A DNA stretch of 54,804 nt from a bacterium (GCA_030648495.1 JAUSHV010000045.1:1-54804); one strand, 5' to 3'. Shown: positions 44,785 through 54,063, numbered from the stretch's first letter. Program-made: numbers and translations. The notes: generated from the sequence alone by a model not told the origin.

Positions 44785-45322
44785 TTTTTTGCAAAGGAAA
44801 ACCCATTAATCTTAACAATACTTCGGCTTCTTTTTTGTTTTTCGCGTTGGTCACAACAGTAATTTCCAGCCCAAAAATATTCCTTACATCCTCTCCTATC
44901 ATTTCGGGAAAAATTATATGCTCTCTGATGCCCAAAGTCAAATTGCCACCTTGGTCAATTGCGCGGGGATCAACCCCACGGAAATCCCTCATTCTGGGTA
45001 TGGCCAAGTTTACAAGCCGGCTTAAGAAATCATACATCCTTGTGCCGCGCAATGTAACCCTGTATCCGACGATCATTCCTTCCCGCGTTTTGAAGGACGC
45101 GATGGCTTTTTTTGTCGGACGCGGATCGGCATGTTGTCCGGTTATCAAAGCCAGGTGCTTTACCACGGCCTCAACCGCTTCTTTTTTGTCCCGCATTTTA
45201 CCCGTGCCAACATTTACAACGGCTTTCAAAATTTTGGGTACAGCCATAGGAGTCTTGTAACCGAATTCTTTGATCATTTTCGGCACAACTTCTTTATTAT
45301 ATTTTTCTTTAATTGATTGCAT
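44777..45322 (-). CDS. rplE: Ribosomal protein L5
   Basis: Conserved operon position plus GMIVGYRVTLRG..MYDFL. Confidence 0.94.
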   Translation of the reverse strand: MQSIKEKYNKEVVPKMIKEFGYKTPMAVPKILKAVVNVGTGKMRDKKEAVEAVVKHLALITGQHADPRPTKKAIASFKTREGMIVGYRVTLRGTRMYDFLSRLVNLAIPRMRDFRGVDPRAIDQGGNLTLGIREHIIFPEMIGEDVRNIFGLEITVVTNAKNKKEAEVLLRLMGFPLQKNV

Positions 45323-45327
45323 AAAAT

Positions 45328-45642
45328 TTAAATTTCACTTTTGCATTTTTTGCAAATTCTAATCTTTTTACCGTCATCTAAAAATTGAAATCCTGTTCGC
45401 GTTCCCTTGCCGCAACTTTTACAGTAAAGCAATACGTTTGAAACATGAATAGGAGAAGGCAGGCTCACAATCTCGCCTTTCTGGCCTTGTTTTCTGGGGC
45501 GCCTGTGAACTTTTTTTATTGCGACCCCTTCCACAACTATTCTGTATGTTTTCGGGAAAAAATTAATAACCTTCGCGGTCTTTCCGCGGTCTTTGCCTGA
45601 AATTACCACCACGCTGTCGCCTTTTTTTATCTTTGTTTTCAT
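45328..45642 (-). CDS. rplX: Ribosomal protein L24 with a four-Cys C-terminal cluster
   Basis: KIKKGDSVVVISGKDRGK (KOW motif); CKSC..CKKC. Confidence 0.92.
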   Translation of the reverse strand: MKTKIKKGDSVVVISGKDRGKTAKVINFFPKTYRIVVEGVAIKKVHRRPRKQGQKGEIVSLPSPIHVSNVLLYCKSCGKGTRTGFQFLDDGKKIRICKKCKSEI

Positions 45643-45644
45643 AT

Positions 45645-46010
45645 TTATACTATTTCCTCCGCAAGCGAGGCTATTTTATTAAAACCTTTTTCTTTAATCT
45701 CGCGCGGAATCGGTCCGAAAATACGCCCGCCTTTAGGTTCCTGACCGTCCAAAATAACCACGGCGTTGTCGTCAAAGCGGATATAGCTGCCGTCGACACG
45801 GCGAAAAACGTTCTTCTGGCGCACAACCAAAGCTTTGTGAACTTCCTTTCTCTTCACGCCCTTCCGCGGCTCCGCAATCTTTACCGTAACAACCACGGTA
45901 TCCCCAATGCCCGCGTAACGCCTCCGCGTGCCGCCCAACACTTTGATGCACTGGACTAGCTTAGCGCCTGAGTTATCCGCAACACTTAACATTGTTCTAT
46001 GCTGTATCAT
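45645..46010 (-). CDS. rplN: Ribosomal protein L14
   Basis: [17 protein letters not shown]. Confidence 0.95.
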   Translation of the reverse strand: MIQHRTMLSVADNSGAKLVQCIKVLGGTRRRYAGIGDTVVVTVKIAEPRKGVKRKEVHKALVVRQKNVFRRVDGSYIRFDDNAVVILDGQEPKGGRIFGPIPREIKEKGFNKIASLAEEIV

Positions 46011-46234
46011 AATGATTTGACTACTTCCCATTTTTTGCCGTGCGACCTCGGACGGCTTGCTTTTATCTCGACAACCGTACCTTCGGGAATTTCTTCCGCT
46101 GTATGCGCTTTGTATCTGTCTGAAACCTTTGTTTGCTTGCCGTAAACCGGATGCCGTTTTAAGCGCGTGACTTCAACAATGACGGTACTCCGCATTTTAT
46201 TTGAAACTATTTTTCCTTTTAATATTTGTGCCAT
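46007..46234 (-). CDS. rpsQ: Ribosomal protein S17
   Basis: [22 protein letters not shown]. Confidence 0.93.
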   Translation of the reverse strand: MAQILKGKIVSNKMRSTVIVEVTRLKRHPVYGKQTKVSDRYKAHTAEEIPEGTVVEIKASRPRSHGKKWEVVKSL

Positions 46235-46236
46235 AT

Positions 46237-46437
46237 TTATTTTTTACTATTTAACACAGTCAATATTCTAGCGATATTTTTCCGCAATTCCCTGGTTTCT
46301 TTCACGTTCTTATTCTTGGATTCGCCTTGCTTCATCCGAAGCTCGAGCATCCTCTCGCGCGCCAGCTTCAAATCAGCGACATTTTCTTCTATGGCGCGGA
46401 GTGCGATATCTTTTGATTTTATTTTTACTTTTGCCAT
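46237..46437 (-). CDS. rpmC: Ribosomal protein L29
   Basis: 66-aa helical protein between rplP and rpsQ. Confidence 0.88.
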   Translation of the reverse strand: MAKVKIKSKDIALRAIEENVADLKLARERMLELRMKQGESKNKNVKETRELRKNIARILTVLNSKK

Positions 46438-46439
46438 AT

Positions 46440-46853
46440 TTAATTTCTTGCGACAAATCTTGTTCTAATAGGCAGTTTCGCCCCGGCCCTTCTTAGGGCT
46501 TCTTCTGCAACGTTCCGCTCGACTCCGTCCATTTCGAAAATAATACGTCCCGGAAGCACGGGGAAAACATAGCCTGCCACATCCCCCTTCCCTCCGCCCA
46601 TGGTTACCTCCGGCGGCTTGGCGGTTATCGGCTTATCCGGAAATATCCTTATCCAAACTTTTCCTCCTCTTTGGATATAATGCGTCATGGCTTTTCTCGC
46701 GGCCTCTATCTGTTTGGAATTTACCCAAAGCGCTTCTTCAGCTTTGAGGCCAAATGCGCCGAACGCTAAAGTCGTCCCACGAGTTTCCCGCAAGTTTCTT
46801 CGCGTGGCCATTCTCTGCCATTTTCTAAATTTTACTCTTTTTGGGTATAGCAT
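46440..46853 (-). CDS. rplP: Ribosomal protein L16
   Basis: MLYPKRVKFRKWQRM... Start overlaps the rpsC 3' end by 29 nt. The longer track N-terminus is rejected. Confidence 0.93.
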   Translation of the reverse strand: MLYPKRVKFRKWQRMATRRNLRETRGTTLAFGAFGLKAEEALWVNSKQIEAARKAMTHYIQRGGKVWIRIFPDKPITAKPPEVTMGGGKGDVAGYVFPVLPGRIIFEMDGVERNVAEEALRRAGAKLPIRTRFVARN

Positions 46854-47553
46854 AATGATTAAATATTTCTCCTCTATATATCCATACTTTAATGCCCAGG
46901 TCTCCATACGGCAAATGCGCACGCCCTTTCGCATAGTCAACATCCGCCCGCAATGTCTGCAAAGGCACCTGGCCATCTTTCAGCCACTCATAGCGCGCCA
47001 TCTCCGCTCCATCCAGCCGGCCGGATAAAGAAAGCTTGACTCCTTTTACTTCTTTTGCATTCATTATCTTGCCTAATGTTTGTTTCATCACGCGCCTGAA
47101 CGGCATTCTTTTTTCCAAATCCATCGCGATCTGCTCCACCATTATTTGCGCGTGCGCCTCGGGAATTTTCACTTCTTCCACGGTCAATTTCAAAGTCGGA
47201 GGTTTCTGCTCTTTTTTAATATCTTTTTTGGCATCTACCGCCGAGTTTTTGCCTGCCGATCTGTGCTTTTGTAAAAATACCGCCACTTCGGTTTGCAGTT
47301 TTGTAATACCTTCCCCGCCTCTTCCGATAATGAGTCCCGGACGGGCAGTCCTTATGATAATATTTAAAGCTGCGTTGGTGCGCTCTATTTCTATACCATC
47401 AACAAGAGTGCCTTTCAAGCGGATAGCCAAAAAATCGCGGAGCCTGACGTCTTCTTTTAATAATTTTGAAAAATCTTTTGCGTTAAACCAGCGCGACCTC
47501 CATGGCCGGATTATTGCCAATCTCATTGAATATGGATGTGAAGAATGACTCAT
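46825..47553 (-). CDS. rpsC: Ribosomal protein S3
   Basis: HPYSMRLAI.., KH domain GRGGEGI. Confidence 0.94.
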   Translation of the reverse strand: MSHSSHPYSMRLAIIRPWRSRWFNAKDFSKLLKEDVRLRDFLAIRLKGTLVDGIEIERTNAALNIIIRTARPGLIIGRGGEGITKLQTEVAVFLQKHRSAGKNSAVDAKKDIKKEQKPPTLKLTVEEVKIPEAHAQIMVEQIAMDLEKRMPFRRVMKQTLGKIMNAKEVKGVKLSLSGRLDGAEMARYEWLKDGQVPLQTLRADVDYAKGRAHLPYGDLGIKVWIYRGEIFNHYAIPKKSKI

Positions 47554-47554
47554 A

Positions 47555-47887
47555 TTATTTTTCTACCAAAGTTATACTAATATGGCTCGTATGTTTGTGT
47601 ATCGGCGAAGCGGAACCGCGCGCTCTCGGCATTATTCTTTTTAAAACAGGCCCCTTATCCACGGCGATGCTTTTAACGAATAATTTTTCCTGGCCTATAT
47701 TAAAATTATTTTTTGCGTTGGATATTGCGGAGCGGAGAAGCTTTCCAACCGGCAACGCGCTTTTCTTGGACATAAATTTTAGCAACCGCTCGGCCTCGCG
47801 AACGGATTTTCCGCGGATAGAATCAGCCACCAGCCTAACTTTTCTGGGCGCAATCCGCAAATATCTAAGATGTGCTTTGTATTCCAT
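47555..47887 (-). CDS. rplV: Ribosomal protein L22
   Basis: RYLRIAPRKVRLVADSIRGK. Confidence 0.94.
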   Translation of the reverse strand: MEYKAHLRYLRIAPRKVRLVADSIRGKSVREAERLLKFMSKKSALPVGKLLRSAISNAKNNFNIGQEKLFVKSIAVDKGPVLKRIMPRARGSASPIHKHTSHISITLVEK

Positions 47888-47892
47888 ATTTT

Positions 47893-48228
47893 TTATTTTT
47901 TAGCCGGCACGGTTGCGGCTGCAGTTTTAGCTTTTTCTGCTTCGGCGGCCTGCATTTCCAATTCTTTCTGCATCTTGCCTCCATGTTTGGTAAATTTGCG
48001 CGTCGGAGAAAATTCTCCCAATTTATGTCCTACCATCTCTTCCGAAACACGCACCGGAATAAAATCCCGGCCGTTGTGAACTCCGAAAATAAATCCGACC
48101 ATCTCCGGGCTGATAGTCGAACGCCTGGACCAGGTCTTAATTACCGTTTGCGAGCCGGGCTTAAGCTTCTCAACTTTTTTGAGTAGTTTCGCATCTATGA
48201 ACGGACCTTTTTTTAAACTTCTCGGCAT
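47893..48228 (-). CDS. rpsS: Ribosomal protein S19 with an Ala/Lys-rich C-terminal tail
   Basis: [23 protein letters not shown]. Confidence 0.94.
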   Translation of the reverse strand: MPRSLKKGPFIDAKLLKKVEKLKPGSQTVIKTWSRRSTISPEMVGFIFGVHNGRDFIPVRVSEEMVGHKLGEFSPTRKFTKHGGKMQKELEMQAAEAEKAKTAAATVPAKK

Positions 48229-48241
48229 AAATTAATGATTT

Positions 48242-49072
48242 TTAGTTTTTAGTTCTGCGGCTAATAATTAATTTTGAGGAATATTTATTTTTATTGCGCG
48301 TCTTAACTCCGCGAGTTCCTCTGCCCCATTTATTTTTTGGTTTTCTGGTCCCCCTCATAGTGCGGCCCTCGCCTCCTCCGTACGGATGGTCGACGGGATT
48401 CATCGCGGAGCCTCTTACGGTCGGGCGGATTCCCATCCAGCGCGATCTTCCGGCTTTTCCGATAACAACAAGGTTGTTCTCAATATTTGAAACTTGGCCA
48501 AGCGAGCCCCAGGCATTTTCCGGAATTTTTCTTACTTCACCGGACGGAAGCTTAAGCTGTGCGTAGCCTCCATCATGTGCCAAAACTTCTGCAAAAGAAC
48601 CGGCCGAGCGCACAAGCGCCGCCTTTCCTTCGGCAGACAAAGAAATATTATATATCAAGGCTCCAACAGGAAGTTTCGAGAGCGGCAAGCGGTTACCGGG
48701 AAGCAAAGGTGCGTCCGCGCTCACCATAATTTCGCGCCCTACCCCGGCTCCATGCGGAAGAACCATGTAGCGTTTCTCACCGTCGCGGTAAGAAAGCAAG
48801 CCGATAAATGCCGTGCGCGACGGATCATATTCAACCGAAAGAACTTTGGCCGGAATATTTTTCTTATCCATATAAAAATCAACCTGGCGGATAAGCCTTT
48901 TTGCGCCTCCTCCTTTGTGGCGCGTGGTAATGCGCCCGCGGTTGTTGCGCCCGACCGCGCGGAACATCCCTGATACCAGAGATTTTTCGGGTTCAGTCCT
49001 CGTCAAAAACTCCCGGTAATTTATTCCTGTCATCTGCCTTCTTCCTGGTGAACGCGGTGCGTAAGTTTTCAT
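48242..49072 (-). CDS. rplB: Ribosomal protein L2
   Basis: GRNNRGRITTRHKGGG and NPVDHPYGGGEGR. Confidence 0.95.
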   Translation of the reverse strand: MKTYAPRSPGRRQMTGINYREFLTRTEPEKSLVSGMFRAVGRNNRGRITTRHKGGGAKRLIRQVDFYMDKKNIPAKVLSVEYDPSRTAFIGLLSYRDGEKRYMVLPHGAGVGREIMVSADAPLLPGNRLPLSKLPVGALIYNISLSAEGKAALVRSAGSFAEVLAHDGGYAQLKLPSGEVRKIPENAWGSLGQVSNIENNLVVIGKAGRSRWMGIRPTVRGSAMNPVDHPYGGGEGRTMRGTRKPKNKWGRGTRGVKTRNKNKYSSKLIISRRTKN

Positions 49073-49075
49073 ATA

Positions 49076-49546
49076 TTAAAATTCGTTAATTAATTGTCCT
49101 TTTGCCAGCGTTATAATCGCTTTTTTAAAACCCGGTTTAGTTCCGAGCGTAGCCCCCCTTCTTCTTTGTTTTGAAGGCATATTTAAAATCTTTACATCTT
49201 CTACTTCTACGCCGTATCTATCACCGACCGCGCGCTTCAAATTTCCTTTGCTGGCACCGCGGGAAACCTTCAAAATATATTTTCCTTCTCCCAGCATCGT
49301 GGATTTCTCGGAAATATGTGGCCGAACTATTAGTGACCATGCGAGATCGCTAGTGTGCACTTTTTGCTTAGAAACTTGCGGCGCAGCAGATGAAGTTTCC
49401 TTCGCCGCGACCTCTTTGAAGTCCGGCTTCCCCGGGAAGTCGGACTTCTTCCCGGGCGCGGTGTTGTGCGGAGCTCTCTCCCTCCGCTTCGCGGAAGTTT
49501 CCTTCTTCCTAAATCCTCCCAACATTTGTGAAATTGAAAACGGCAT
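49076..49546 (-). CDS. rplW: Ribosomal protein L23 with a ~60-aa N-terminal extension
   Basis: Core IVRPHISEKSTML..YILKV. The extension is encoded by GC-rich palindromic DNA (see findings). Confidence 0.88.
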   Translation of the reverse strand: MPFSISQMLGGFRKKETSAKRRERAPHNTAPGKKSDFPGKPDFKEVAAKETSSAAPQVSKQKVHTSDLAWSLIVRPHISEKSTMLGEGKYILKVSRGASKGNLKRAVGDRYGVEVEDVKILNMPSKQRRRGATLGTKPGFKKAIITLAKGQLINEF

Positions 49547-49551
49547 AAAGT

Positions 49552-50220
49552 TTATTTATTGCTTTCTTTAGCCTTATAAGTCTTATTTAATTCCTCCACG
49601 CTTGATTTATCAAGAAGCAAATATTTATTATGCAGAATCCCGGCAACGTTCAGATTGCGGGGCTCAACATAAGAAACATTCTGGAGATTCCGCGAAGCGC
49701 GCAAAACCTTCTCTTCTCTTGGAATCGCCAAAAGCGCCTTTCCGCCTTTCTCGCCCAACCTATAGACTTTCGCTTTGTCGCGCAAATTCTTAAAAACTGA
49801 AAAAACCTCTTTCGTTTTCGGTCTAGAAAGTCCAAAATTATCCACCAAAACCAATTCTTTGTCTTTTAATTTTCTTGAAAGCAAAGAGAACAGCGCCCCG
49901 CGTTTCATTTTTTTATTTATTTTGACGGAATAATCTCTTTCATTTCTTGGGCCATGCGAAACCCCTCCTCCAACCCACAACGGCGAGCGGATTGAGCCGT
50001 GACGCGCCCTGCCAGTGCCTTTTTGACGCCAAGGTTTTTTGCCGCCTCCCGCAACTTCGCCCCGCGTCTTAGTGTGCGCCCAAGGACGCCTTTTATTTGC
50101 CATTTCGCCGTCATACACTTGCTTTACCAAAGCCGCATTCCATTTCACGCCAAAAATACGCTCGGGCAATTCTACTGGCCCAACTTTTTCTCCTTTTAAA
50201 TTATATGTTTCTAATTGCAT
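49552..50220 (-). CDS. rplD: Ribosomal protein L4
   Basis: KPWRQKGTGRARHGSIRSPLWVGGGV. Confidence 0.95.
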   Translation of the reverse strand: MQLETYNLKGEKVGPVELPERIFGVKWNAALVKQVYDGEMANKRRPWAHTKTRGEVAGGGKKPWRQKGTGRARHGSIRSPLWVGGGVSHGPRNERDYSVKINKKMKRGALFSLLSRKLKDKELVLVDNFGLSRPKTKEVFSVFKNLRDKAKVYRLGEKGGKALLAIPREEKVLRASRNLQNVSYVEPRNLNVAGILHNKYLLLDKSSVEELNKTYKAKESNK

Positions 50221-50370
50221 AAAAATAAAACCGAGGTCGTTAGAGCCTCGGCCAAAAGCCTGCGGTCTTACAAACCTACATAAATCTCCTCCTTTCGAGG
50301 TTGTTATTTTGACTTCTCACAAGTTATTTGATGTTAGCATATGAGAAAAGGGCTTGCAAGCCCCCTTCTT
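50221..50370 (-). promoter_or_regulatory. Structured rplC-rplD spacer: hairpin, SD plus ATG-TAG mini-ORF, terminator abutting the rplD ATG
   Basis: Minus strand: GAAGGGGGCTTGCAAGCCCTTTTC (50348-50371); AAGGAGGAG-attt-ATG-TAG (50294-50276); CCGAGG-ctctaacga-CCTCGG-ttttattttt-ATG (50251-50218). Confidence 0.5.
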
Positions 50371-50964
50371 TTATCCTCTTACTTCTACCAAGCTACCGCG
50401 ATGGCCAGGAATGGCACCGGAGATGGCCATGAGGTTTTTTTCTGGAATAATTTTTATGACTTTAAGATTTTTTACGGTTACCCTGTCTTGGCCCATTCTG
50501 CCACCCATGCGTTTGCCTTTCAAAACGCGCTGTGGCCAGACGGCCCCTATTGAGCCCGGTGCACGCTCGGAATGCTTTTGTCCGTGAGTCCTCGGGCCGC
50601 CGTGAAAGCCGTGGCGCTTAACAACCCCTTGGAAACCCTTTCCTTTTGAAGTGGCGCTAACTTCTATCTTGTCGCCTTCTGCAAATGTAGAAATCTCTAT
50701 TTTGTCTCCGACATTCAAAATATCTTCTGATTTGAATTCCTTGAAAACTTCAAAATTTCCAAGCTTTTTTTGAGGCTTTTTCATGTTTTTTTCTTTTTTG
50801 GAACCAAAACCAACCTGCACGGCGGTGTAGCCGTCTTTTTCTTTGGTTTTTGCTTGGGTAACAAAAATCGGGCCCGCCAAAAGCCAAGTAACGGGATGCA
50901 CTTTCCCCTTATCATCAAAAACCTGCGACATCTCAACTTTTTTTGCTAAAATGAATTTAGACAT
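50371..50964 (-). CDS. rplC: Ribosomal protein L3
   Basis: KGKGFQGVVKRHGF.GGP..HG and WPQRVLKGKRMGGRMG. Confidence 0.95.
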   Translation of the reverse strand: MSKFILAKKVEMSQVFDDKGKVHPVTWLLAGPIFVTQAKTKEKDGYTAVQVGFGSKKEKNMKKPQKKLGNFEVFKEFKSEDILNVGDKIEISTFAEGDKIEVSATSKGKGFQGVVKRHGFHGGPRTHGQKHSERAPGSIGAVWPQRVLKGKRMGGRMGQDRVTVKNLKVIKIIPEKNLMAISGAIPGHRGSLVEVRG

Positions 50965-51007
50965 ATATTAATTATTCTTAGCATGCCGCTTATTTTTTGT
51001 CTATTTT

Positions 51008-51709
51008 TTAAACCGAATCCCTAAGTTTTGTAAGCTCAAACACCACGCCACCGCTGTTTTCAAAATCTTCTATCTCGTTTGTGCTAAAATCTGAATCTGC
51101 GTCAAAGTTATTAAGGACTTTCTTGTATGCGCCCCTTACCGACTCTGCCGGCGCAAATTCTTCTTGTATAATCAATTTTCCTCCTACGCGCAAAACCCTT
51201 TTTGCTTCTTTAATAAGATTTTCTTTTTCTCTCAAAATGTGTTTTTGTTTAGCTGCGAATCCGAGAAGCTCATCGTCTTTGACGTGTCCACTAATAACAT
51301 TGCCCATAAACACAATATCTACTTGTCCGTCTCGCAAAGGCAATTTTTGGCCATCTGCGTGTAATATTTCGCCTTTAATATCTTTTAATAAACATTTATC
51401 TAAAACTTTCTTTAAATCTAACAAATGACTTTTATCGACTTTTTCCCAATTATATTTATAGACATGACGAAAAAGATCTACGTTTCTATCTCCGGGCAAA
51501 TCAACTTCTACCAACTTGTCTCCGGCTTTAAGACTAAAAAGTGTTTCGTCTTTTCCGGCTTTGAATTTCATTTCTTTGCCGTCAGATTTTAGCCAATATA
51601 TCAATGGCCGATCTCCAGGTCCCACTTCAACAATTATTTGCTTTGGTTCTTTTTCTCGCTCTTCCGGAGAAAATGTGTTTTCTTTTATCATTGCCTTATA
51701 ATCATACAA
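51008..51709 (-). CDS. Class I SAM-dependent methyltransferase-like protein, inserted in the S10 operon
   Basis: IIVEVGPGDRP (motif I-like), VDIVFMGNV, RVLRVGGKLII. Confidence 0.55.
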   Translation of the reverse strand: MYDYKAMIKENTFSPEEREKEPKQIIVEVGPGDRPLIYWLKSDGKEMKFKAGKDETLFSLKAGDKLVEVDLPGDRNVDLFRHVYKYNWEKVDKSHLLDLKKVLDKCLLKDIKGEILHADGQKLPLRDGQVDIVFMGNVISGHVKDDELLGFAAKQKHILREKENLIKEAKRVLRVGGKLIIQEEFAPAESVRGAYKKVLNNFDADSDFSTNEIEDFENSGGVVFELTKLRDSV

Positions 51710-51743
51710 CCAAAAGCCGGAACTTTCCAGCTCCGGTTTTTGG
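51710..51743 (-). terminator. Terminator-like 12-bp hairpin between the two inserted genes
   Basis: ccaaaagccgga / tccggtttttgg with a 10-nt loop. Confidence 0.4.
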
Positions 51744-51753
51744 CTTATTTATT

Positions 51754-51957
51754 CTATTTCTTGCTTGGTATCGCTAACATGTCCTCAAGATTTTGCATAC
51801 GTAATTTTAAGTCGCCGATTTCTCGGTCGTGCTTTTTAAGAATAAGATTCTCAATTCTGTCTAGGCGATCTTTTACTTCTACAAACTGCGTATCCATAGA
51901 ATCAAAGCCGCGTTTTATCATTCCGGCAAGGTCGTCAATTGCCACTTTAGATGCCAT
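51754..51957 (-). CDS. Small coiled-coil protein (67 aa), inserted in the S10 operon
   Basis: Heptad-like DRLDRIENLILKKHDREIGDLKLRMQNLEDML. Lies 18 nt downstream of rpsJ. Confidence 0.45.
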   Translation of the reverse strand: MASKVAIDDLAGMIKRGFDSMDTQFVEVKDRLDRIENLILKKHDREIGDLKLRMQNLEDMLAIPSKK

Positions 51958-51975
51958 ATTTTTATACTAGCCGAA

Positions 51976-52341
51976 TTACATCTTTACCTCAATATCGACA
52001 CCGGCGGGCAAAGAAAGATTTGTCAGTGCGTCGATTATTTTTGGAGTTGGGTTTACGATATCGATTAGCCTTCTGTGCACACGCATCTCAAACTGTTCGC
52101 GGGCATTTTTGTGAACGAAAGAAGAACGGTTAACCGTATATTTTTTTATTTCCGTAGGCAATGGCACTGGCCCGTGGATTTCGGCGCCGTATCTTACGGC
52201 CGTATCCACTATCTGTTTAATGGAGACGTCTAAAATCTTATGGTCATACGCGCGAACGCGTATGCGGAGCTTTTGTTTTTCTTCCTCAGCCTTCGCTTTT
52301 TCAACCTTCACTTTCTCTTTAACTGATGCCTTAACCGGCAT
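51976..52341 (-). CDS. rpsJ: Ribosomal protein S10 with a ~20-aa Lys/Glu N-terminal extension
   Basis: [28 protein letters not shown]. Confidence 0.95.
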   Translation of the reverse strand: MPVKASVKEKVKVEKAKAEEEKQKLRIRVRAYDHKILDVSIKQIVDTAVRYGAEIHGPVPLPTEIKKYTVNRSSFVHKNAREQFEMRVHRRLIDIVNPTPKIIDALTNLSLPAGVDIEVKM

Positions 52342-52344
52342 TTT

Positions 52345-53541
52345 TTATTTATTTATCTTGGTTACAACTCCCGCTCCGACCGTCCGGCCGCCTTCTCTTA
52401 TTGCGAATCGCAATTTATCTTCCATGGCAACTGGGGCAATGAGCTTTACATTGAATTTAATAGTGTCTCCTGGCATTACCATTTCAGTGCCTGTCGGCAA
52501 AGTTACTTCGCCGGTAACATCGGTTGTGCGGATGTAGAATTGAGGCTTGTAACCGGAGAAAAATGGAGTGTGACGCCCGCCTTCCTCTTTATTTAAGATA
52601 TAAACTTCTGCTTCAAATTCAGTGTGCGGAGTAATGGAGCCGGGCTTGGACAAAACCTGTCCACGCTCAACATCTTCTTTCTTTGTCCCGCGAAGGAGCA
52701 ACCCTGCATTGTCTCCGGCCATGCCTAGATCCAACTGTTTGTTAAACATTTCTATTCCTGTAACTACGGTCTTCGCAGTGTCTTTCAATCCGACTATCTC
52801 TACTTCTTCGTTCAATTTTACCTTTCCTCTTTCAATTCTTCCGGTTACCACAGTTCCACGTCCTTCAATAGAAAACACGTCTTCAACGGGCATCAAAAAT
52901 GGCTTATCAATATCACGAACAGGCTCGGGAATAAATTCGTCCAATTGCTTGGTCAATTCCAATATTGGTTTGGCCCATTCATCATCTTTTGATTTGGCTT
53001 CCAATGCTTTCAAGGCAGAGCCGCGGATAATCGGAGTTTTGTCTCCGGGATAATCATATTTTGTTAAAAGCTCCCGAATCTCGGTTTCTACCAAATCAAT
53101 AAGCTCTTTGTCGTCTACCATGTCTACTTTGTTCAAAAAGACAATTATAGCCGGCACTCCTACTTGACGTGCAAGCAGTATGTGTTCTCTTGTTTGAGGC
53201 ATCGGTCCATCAGTCGCCGCTACAACCAAAATTGCGCCGTCCATTTGAGCGGCTCCTGTAATCATATTTTTGATGTAGTCTGCGTGTCCGGGAGCGTCGA
53301 TGTGTGCGTAGTGCCTCTTGTTCGTCTCATATTCAGAGTGGTGAAGCGCGATAGTAATGCCACGCTGGCGCTCTTCAGGCGCGTTGTCGATATCTTCAAC
53401 CTTTTCAATTCTGGCTTTGTTGCCGTTTAGGTTAAGTACATTTAAAATTGCCGCTGTTAAAGTGGTTTTGCCGTGGTCAACGTGACCGATTGTGCCTACA
53501 TTAAGGTGAGGCTTTGTGCGTTCGAATTTCTCTGTTGCCAT
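52345..53541 (-). CDS. tuf: Elongation factor Tu
   Basis: [28 protein letters not shown]. Confidence 0.97.
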   Translation of the reverse strand: MATEKFERTKPHLNVGTIGHVDHGKTTLTAAILNVLNLNGNKARIEKVEDIDNAPEERQRGITIALHHSEYETNKRHYAHIDAPGHADYIKNMITGAAQMDGAILVVAATDGPMPQTREHILLARQVGVPAIIVFLNKVDMVDDKELIDLVETEIRELLTKYDYPGDKTPIIRGSALKALEAKSKDDEWAKPILELTKQLDEFIPEPVRDIDKPFLMPVEDVFSIEGRGTVVTGRIERGKVKLNEEVEIVGLKDTAKTVVTGIEMFNKQLDLGMAGDNAGLLLRGTKKEDVERGQVLSKPGSITPHTEFEAEVYILNKEEGGRHTPFFSGYKPQFYIRTTDVTGEVTLPTGTEMVMPGDTIKFNVKLIAPVAMEDKLRFAIREGGRTVGAGVVTKINK

Positions 53542-53671
53542 AGAATTATTAAAAATTATCGCTTATAAAAGCCAATACGCTGATTAAAGCGTATAGATAG
53601 TATGTTAAAGGATAGGGCTTTCGCTGTCAACACCACACGGGTATTTGGGTATAAGCTGGGAATAAGGTGTG

Positions 53672-53697
53672 AAAAAAACCGCCCTTTATTGGGGCGG
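53672..53697 (-). terminator. Intrinsic terminator after the 53686-54063 gene
   Basis: ccgccc-tttattg-gggcgg, with ttttttt on the minus strand. Overlaps the stop codon. Confidence 0.65.
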
Positions 53698-54063
53698 CGT
53701 AAGCGCATCGCAAGGAGAAGGATATTTATCCTCAATTGCATCCAAACTAGAAAAATGCCTATAGACATGCTCACCTCGATTCACGCGTAACCACGCATCT
53801 TCTAAAATTTTCCCGTTTTTTACCGCCTTCCTTTGGATAATGAACTCCTCTTTTATATCGCCTAAATAAAACAAAATCCATGCGACTGTCTGTTCCTGGT
53901 CCACATATACATATACTTGGAACTTGCCGCACAACAAAGAAGATTCTCTTTCTTTGAGAAAGTTTTCTTTTGGGGGTAGCTGTGGAACCGGGTAATCATC
54001 AGCAAGCGCGGCGCCCGCAGACAACATCGCACAAATCGCAATCGCAAAAATTAGCTCTTTCAT
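53686..54063 (-). CDS. Small secreted 2-Cys protein
   Basis: Signal peptide MKELIFAIAICAMLSAGAALA, then YPVPQLP. One Cys early and one near the C-terminus. Confidence 0.55.
   Translation of the reverse strand: MKELIFAIAICAMLSAGAALADDYPVPQLPPKENFLKERESSLLCGKFQVYVYVDQEQTVAWILFYLGDIKEEFIIQRKAVKNGKILEDAWLRVNRGEHVYRHFSSLDAIEDKYPSPCDALTPPQ

Noticed and set aside
52622-53053. Long antisense ORFs inside conserved genes. Examples: 143 aa opposite tuf, 47036-47548 opposite rpsC, 42330-42803 opposite rplO, 5886-6359 opposite thrC.
   Set aside because: They lie fully within strongly supported genes on the other strand, have low-complexity Ser/Pro/Phe-rich composition, and have no independent signals.
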